Part shown: positions 59,876 to 64,000 of the stretch, piece after piece
How the letters are laid out: each line of letters opens with the position of its first letter
Numbering within the stretch: position 1 is the stretch's first letter
Source of the DNA: Chthonomonas calidirosea
GTDB lineage: Bacteria; Armatimonadota; Fimbriimonadia; Fimbriimonadales; Fimbriimonadaceae
Length of the DNA stretch: 64,000 bases
Reading direction: 5' to 3'
Assembly: GCA_945859975.1 (NCBI GenBank)
Contig: CAMAPH010000005.1
Location: 37,977 to 101,976, forward strand
The notes under the pieces: generated by a model
What the model was told of the DNA's origin: nothing
The model's input: only the letters and a program-made list of their open reading frames with translations
Database searches by the model: none
Position numbers and translations under genes: made by a program

Positions 59876-60442
59876 TTACTTCTTAGCCGCGGCGCGCTTA
59901 CCGGCTTTAATCTTGACCACTTCTCCGCGGTACCGAATTCCCTTACCTTTGTACGGTTCAGGCTTACGGACCTTTCGGATGTCGGCGGCCACCTGGCCTA
60001 CGAGCGCCTTGTCGATGCCACTCACGATGATCTGCGTTTGTCGCGTCTTATCGTCAGCTTTGACTTCAAAATTGATGCCGTCCGGAGCCTCGATGACTAC
60101 CGGGTGGGAGTAACCCATGTTCAGCGTCAGGTTCTTGCCTGCTGCTGCAGCTCGGTAACCAACACCGATGACGTCCAGGGTCTTAGCATGTCCGTTAGTC
60201 ACGCCCTCCACCATGTTCGCAATCAGCGTTCGGGCAAGGCCGTGCTGGCTTCGTGCTTCGCGGAGGTTGTTTGGTCGCTCAACCTTAACTTCAGCGCCTT
60301 CCTGCGAAACGGTCAGCAATCGGGAAATCGGCTGAACCAAAGCACCCTTAGGGCCGGAAACCGTAACCACGTTGGTTGCTTCGTCAACCGTAATCTCGAC
60401 TTTCGCCGGAACGGTAATCGGTCTAATTCCAATTCGTGACAT
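59876..60442 (-). CDS. rplF: 50S ribosomal protein L6
   Basis: [25 protein letters not shown]. Confidence 0.98.
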   Translation of the reverse strand: MSRIGIRPITVPAKVEITVDEATNVVTVSGPKGALVQPISRLLTVSQEGAEVKVERPNNLREARSQHGLARTLIANMVEGVTNGHAKTLDVIGVGYRAAAAGKNLTLNMGYSHPVVIEAPDGINFEVKADDKTRQTQIIVSGIDKALVGQVAADIRKVRKPEPYKGKGIRYRGEVVKIKAGKRAAAKK

Positions 60443-60443
60443 C

Positions 60444-60839
60444 TTAGTGCACCTCGCAAATGACTTCGCCGCCCATATTGCGTCGACGAGCCTCTCGGTC
60501 GGTCATGAGTCCAGCACTCGTGCTGATAATTCGGGTGGTCAAACCATTTCGAAGCGGCTTGAGTTCGCCGATCTGCTTGTAAACACGCAGACCTGGCTTG
60601 CTGATTCGCTTCAGGTGAGTAAGGAGCGGCTTGCGCTTGCTGTCGTAGCGCAGGTGAACCTTGATGGTTGGGAACTTCGATTCAGTCGTGATCTCGTGAC
60701 CCGTGATGAAGCCTTCGGCTTCGAGAATCTTCACGATTTCGACTTTGATTTTGCTGTGCGGAATATCGACGCTGTCCTTGTGGGCCGTAGCACCGTTTCG
60801 GATTCGCGTAAGAAGGTCCGCGATGGGATCGCTATGCAT
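60444..60839 (-). CDS. rpsH: 30S ribosomal protein S8
   Basis: DPIADLLTRIRN, ISKPGLRVY, GGEVIC. Confidence 0.98.
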   Translation of the reverse strand: MHSDPIADLLTRIRNGATAHKDSVDIPHSKIKVEIVKILEAEGFITGHEITTESKFPTIKVHLRYDSKRKPLLTHLKRISKPGLRVYKQIGELKPLRNGLTTRIISTSAGLMTDREARRRNMGGEVICEVH

Positions 60840-60860
60840 ATTCTTTTGACCTTCTGAGCT

Positions 60861-61154
60861 TTACCAGCTCGCCTTTTTCACGCCGGGCAACTCGCCCTTG
60901 TGCGCTTTCTCGCGGAACGCCTGTCGGCAAACGCCGAAGTATCGAATGACGCCGCTTGCGCGACCCGTAAGAGCGCATCGGTTGTACTGACGCGTCTTGA
61001 ACATTCGGGCCTTGATGCGCTTCGCATCAAATTCAGCCTGAGCCTCAGCTCGCTTATCCTTCGGGAGTTCATCAATTCGCGCTTGTTCGGCATTAAGAAG
61101 CTCCCACTTCTTTTTCGCCGCGCGATGCTTTTCAATTAGACACTGCTTTGCCAT
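60861..61154 (-). CDS. rpsN: 30S ribosomal protein S14 (long form, degenerate zinc ribbon)
   Basis: [30 protein letters not shown]. Confidence 0.95.
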   Translation of the reverse strand: MAKQCLIEKHRAAKKKWELLNAEQARIDELPKDKRAEAQAEFDAKRIKARMFKTRQYNRCALTGRASGVIRYFGVCRQAFREKAHKGELPGVKKASW

Positions 61155-61339
61155 ACTTTTCCGCCGTTACCGAACCCGTATCCCGTCCTAGCCGAGACGT
61201 GCTTCGTGGCCTAGTTTTTGCTCACGCCTCACTTTTTGGACCGAGGTCCAGAGACGCGAATCGAAAAGATACCCCAATCCGTCCCCGACGGCGCAACCTT
61301 TGAACTTAAATTGTCCGGCTACCCCGGTAATCTCACAGG

Positions 61340-62062
61340 ATGCGTCGCGCGTTCACCTTGATCGAGCTCCTGGTGGTCATTGCCATCATCGCCATCCTTG
61401 CGGCGATTCTGTTCCCCGTTTTTGCCCAAGCCAAAGAAGCCGCAAAGAAGACCACTGACCTTTCAAACTGCCGACAACTCGGCGTGGCGATCATGATGTA
61501 CGCCAACGATTTCGACGACTATTTCCCGCTGACCAACTTCCCGGCACCAGAAAACACCTGGACCAACCACGTTCAGCCGTACATCAAGAACCGCGCCATC
61601 TACCGATCTCCGGCCGACAACTCCTCGAACTGGCCTCCCGCCAGCCTTCCGGTCACCGATCCGACGTTCTTGACCTACCGGATGACCAGCTACTTCCTAA
61701 ACGCCTACATGAGCGGCGCTCAGTTCGGCGGAAAGTACGCCACCATCACCAGCGTCGCCGGTCCGGCATCCACCATCTATCTCGCCCCATCGCCCGATAA
61801 CGTCGTGCGCGATCACTTCGCCCCCTTCTTCTGGGGAGATCCACCCGAAATTCCCGATGCCTTCATGCAAAACATGACCTGGGATTCCGCAAAGCAAGAA
61901 ACCAAGGCCCTCAAAATTCGCGCGTTCACCGGCGGGGCGAACTACACCTATGTCGACGGCCACGCCAAGTTCGGTCGCTGGAACCAAGTCTGGTGGCGCA
62001 ACATTCCCGCCGGCGTCTACGCCGGGAATTTCGATCCGAGAAACGAAAACACCCGGCCGTAA
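61340..62062 (+). CDS. Prepilin-type N-terminal cleavage/methylation domain protein (DUF1559-like)
   Basis: [45 protein letters not shown]. Confidence 0.9.
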   Translation: MRRAFTLIELLVVIAIIAILAAILFPVFAQAKEAAKKTTDLSNCRQLGVAIMMYANDFDDYFPLTNFPAPENTWTNHVQPYIKNRAIYRSPADNSSNWPPASLPVTDPTFLTYRMTSYFLNAYMSGAQFGGKYATITSVAGPASTIYLAPSPDNVVRDHFAPFFWGDPPEIPDAFMQNMTWDSAKQETKALKIRAFTGGANYTYVDGHAKFGRWNQVWWRNIPAGVYAGNFDPRNENTRP

Positions 62063-62069
62063 GCGTTCC

Positions 62070-62690
62070 TCACGGAATGTAGGTGTACGTAATCCGGATC
62101 GTCCCGCGAAATCGCCCAAAGATCCCGAACTGCGGCGGAATATCTCGGCTCACTCTCGTTCCCGCAGGCAGGGTGTGAGTGTTGAAGTTTCGCATCTGAA
62201 GAACCACCGGTCCCGGTGCGCTGAAGTACCGGAAGTACGGCGCATTTTCCGGCGTGTTGGTGATGCGGACGGTGCCGTAGAGTTCGTGCCGATTGCTGAA
62301 CAATCGATCTGATCGGGCCGGTGCTGTGATCACGCGCGTGTTTGTCGCGGTTAGCCCAACCGCGGTGAGGAATGTTCCGTTTTGCAGCGTCACACCCGCA
62401 TTCAGCACCGTGCTGATGGACAAGTCGCCCGAAATCGGCAGGTTAGTGTCGTTCTCGACCGGAGTGTTGATCACCACGTTGCCGTAGCTCGTGATAGTCA
62501 CTGCCTTCAAAGTTCCAAGGGCCGGATTGAATCCGTTGATGAAAAGGTCCGCACCGGTGAACGATTGTCGCGACACCGTCAGGTCTTCCAAGATCGGTGC
62601 GTCGATTGGGAACGTCTGCGTGATGTTGACCTGCGCAAACGAGACTTGGGCTAGACCAGCCGCGACAGCGAGCAAACATGCCTTTCGCAT
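62070..62690 (-). CDS. Secreted beta-rich protein resembling a choice-of-anchor E domain
   Basis: Signal peptide; FNPALGTLKAVTI..VEN; ends ITYTYIP with no PEP-CTERM tail. Confidence 0.6.
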   Translation of the reverse strand: MRKACLLAVAAGLAQVSFAQVNITQTFPIDAPILEDLTVSRQSFTGADLFINGFNPALGTLKAVTITSYGNVVINTPVENDTNLPISGDLSISTVLNAGVTLQNGTFLTAVGLTATNTRVITAPARSDRLFSNRHELYGTVRITNTPENAPYFRYFSAPGPVVLQMRNFNTHTLPAGTRVSRDIPPQFGIFGRFRGTIRITYTYIP

Positions 62691-62781
62691 ACCGAACTGT
62701 ACGTCTTTCGTTCGGTAATGGCAATAACTCAAATTTATCGTCTTGATCTTTCCGATTCAAGGGATTCAGCCCAATCGCTTC

Positions 62782-62895
62782 GTCAACTTTTTGTTTGACA
62801 GCCTGCATTTATTGTCAAGCTAGAGTTTGATTTTTAGTTTCTTTTGTCCAATTTTAAGTTGACTTTTTGAATAGAAAGTCAACATAATGATTGAA
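62782..62895. promoter_or_regulatory. Four GTC(A/C)A-N8-TTGA(C/T/A) sites at exact 32-bp spacing, overlapping a TTGACT-N18-CATAAT promoter
   Basis: Copies start at 62782, 62814, 62846 and 62878; TTGACT 62859-62864; CATAAT 62883-62888. Confidence 0.75.
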
Positions 62896-62897
62896 CT

Positions 62898-63350
62898 ATG
62901 AACGTATCCGATATCCGCCGACGCCAACTGGACGCGATGTTCCGGGCGTTCCCGTCCGAATCTGTACCGACGATGCCTGCCAATGGTTGGCTCCGTGCCA
63001 TCCGAGAAGCCCTCGGCGTCACCCTAGAGGTCCTCGCCGGGCGACTGAATGTGAGCAAGCAGGCGGTAAATCAGCTTGAGAAAGCCGAAGCCTCCGGCCA
63101 CGTCACCGTGAACCGGTTGCGAGAAGCCGCAAACGCCCTCGATTGCGATCTTGTCGTGCTGGTGGTTCCGCGTCGGCCCCTTTCGGAGCAGATTGAGCAA
63201 CGGGCAACCGAACTCGCAACCAAAGACATCCGCCGCATCTCGCACTCCATGCGACTCGAAGACCAGGGCGTCTCGCCCGAAACCGAAGCCCGCATGGTCC
63301 GCGAACTTGCCGCCGAGTACTCCGCCAACCCGCGCCGAAACCTCTGGTAA
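62898..63350 (+). CDS. Mobile mystery protein A (XRE-type HTH)
   Basis: RRQLD, P..GWLRAIREALG, LE..E..G..T...LR..A.ALDC.LV, HSM.LEDQ, terminal LW. Confidence 0.88.
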   Translation: MNVSDIRRRQLDAMFRAFPSESVPTMPANGWLRAIREALGVTLEVLAGRLNVSKQAVNQLEKAEASGHVTVNRLREAANALDCDLVVLVVPRRPLSEQIEQRATELATKDIRRISHSMRLEDQGVSPETEARMVRELAAEYSANPRRNLW

Positions 63351-63356
63351 CTGCGC

Positions 63357-63941
63357 ATGCTCATGACCTCTCGCTACGGCGAAACCGAGATTGATCACGA
63401 CGAGTTGCAAGGCTTAATCCCAAGCCTTGCAACTCGGGCGGAGCTTGACGAGTTCGAACAAGCGAACATTCGGGAGGCGATGCTTTGGGCCCGAAAGAGC
63501 CGGGCGGTCAGAAAATCGCTATTGGCTCCCGCCACGCTTTGTGAACTTCACGACCGGATGTTTCGCAGGGTCTGGACCTGGGCCGTAAAGTTTCGGAAGA
63601 CCGAGAAGAACATCGGCGTGCCCGTTGGGAAGATCTCATCCGACCTCTTCAATGCCTGCGAGGACGCCAAAACCTGGATCGAGTTCAACACATTCGAACC
63701 GATCGAAATCGCAGCCCGACTTCATCACCGTCTCGTCGTGATTCACCCATTCCCAAATGGCAACGGTCGCTGGGCGCGCTTTGCGGCAGACCTCGTTCTG
63801 GAACAAATCTCTGAGGAACAGCTATCTTGGGGCGCAAACGGTCGGATGGCATCAGAGGAGATTCGAAAGAGTTACATTCAGGCTCTTCGACAGGCAGATG
63901 TCCTCGATTTCCAGCCGCTCATCTCGTTCGTGGTGGCCTAA
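63357..63941 (+). CDS. Mobile mystery protein B (Fic/Doc domain)
   Basis: GLIP..TR.EL.E.EQ.NI, LH.RMF..VWTWA, HH.LV.IHPFPNGNGRWAR, YI.ALR.AD. Confidence 0.9.
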   Translation: MLMTSRYGETEIDHDELQGLIPSLATRAELDEFEQANIREAMLWARKSRAVRKSLLAPATLCELHDRMFRRVWTWAVKFRKTEKNIGVPVGKISSDLFNACEDAKTWIEFNTFEPIEIAARLHHRLVVIHPFPNGNGRWARFAADLVLEQISEEQLSWGANGRMASEEIRKSYIQALRQADVLDFQPLISFVVA

Positions 63942-64000
63942 GCCTCGCTGCGCTCGCGGTACTGAACCGCCTCCGCCAAGTGACTCTTACCAATCTTCTC

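Noticed and set aside
62782..62895. 32-bp periodic repeats as a mini-CRISPR
   Set aside because: Units are short degenerate palindromes with 14-bp gaps, too short for spacers, and there are no cas genes; an operator array fits better.
63941..63960. GCCTCGCTGCGCTCGCGG, possible REP-like element
   Set aside because: Single short occurrence at the window edge; cannot be supported as a repeat.

Overview
Mostly core-genome window of a GC-rich bacterium, most likely Armatimonadota (Fimbriimonadaceae-like). This assignment is an inference from three prepilin-type '[28 protein letters not shown]' genes, waaA and the overall gene repertoire. The left and middle parts hold a two-component system, phosphomannomutase, nfo, tRNA-His, folK, two tandem PilC/GspF genes, a photolyase, dinB, an MntR-like regulator, an AbiE-like pair, purE-waaA-purC, secreted peptidases, sdpRI, gap and a LacI/lipoprotein/prepilin unit. 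The right part is a rearranged spc/alpha/S9-L13 ribosomal block (rpsN to rpsI) with inserted genes, followed by a 'mobile mystery' HTH/Fic pair. Best candidate for an undescribed system: a tightly coupled minus-strand run (48189 to 41250) that starts just downstream of a CIRCE (HrcA) element and ends in two membrane FHA proteins plus a vWA protein whose N-terminus is an array of D-P-x-[RK]-T motifs, a putative phospho-Thr docking module. Other notable signals: a four-copy operator-like array with an exact 32-bp period upstream of the mobile mystery pair, a perfect 14-bp inverted repeat upstream of the AbiE-like pair, a leaderless-gene signature at many genes, a Cys-rich secreted protein/LolA-like pair inserted where map normally sits, and an unusual S14. 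All calls come from reading motifs by eye; no database searches were run.
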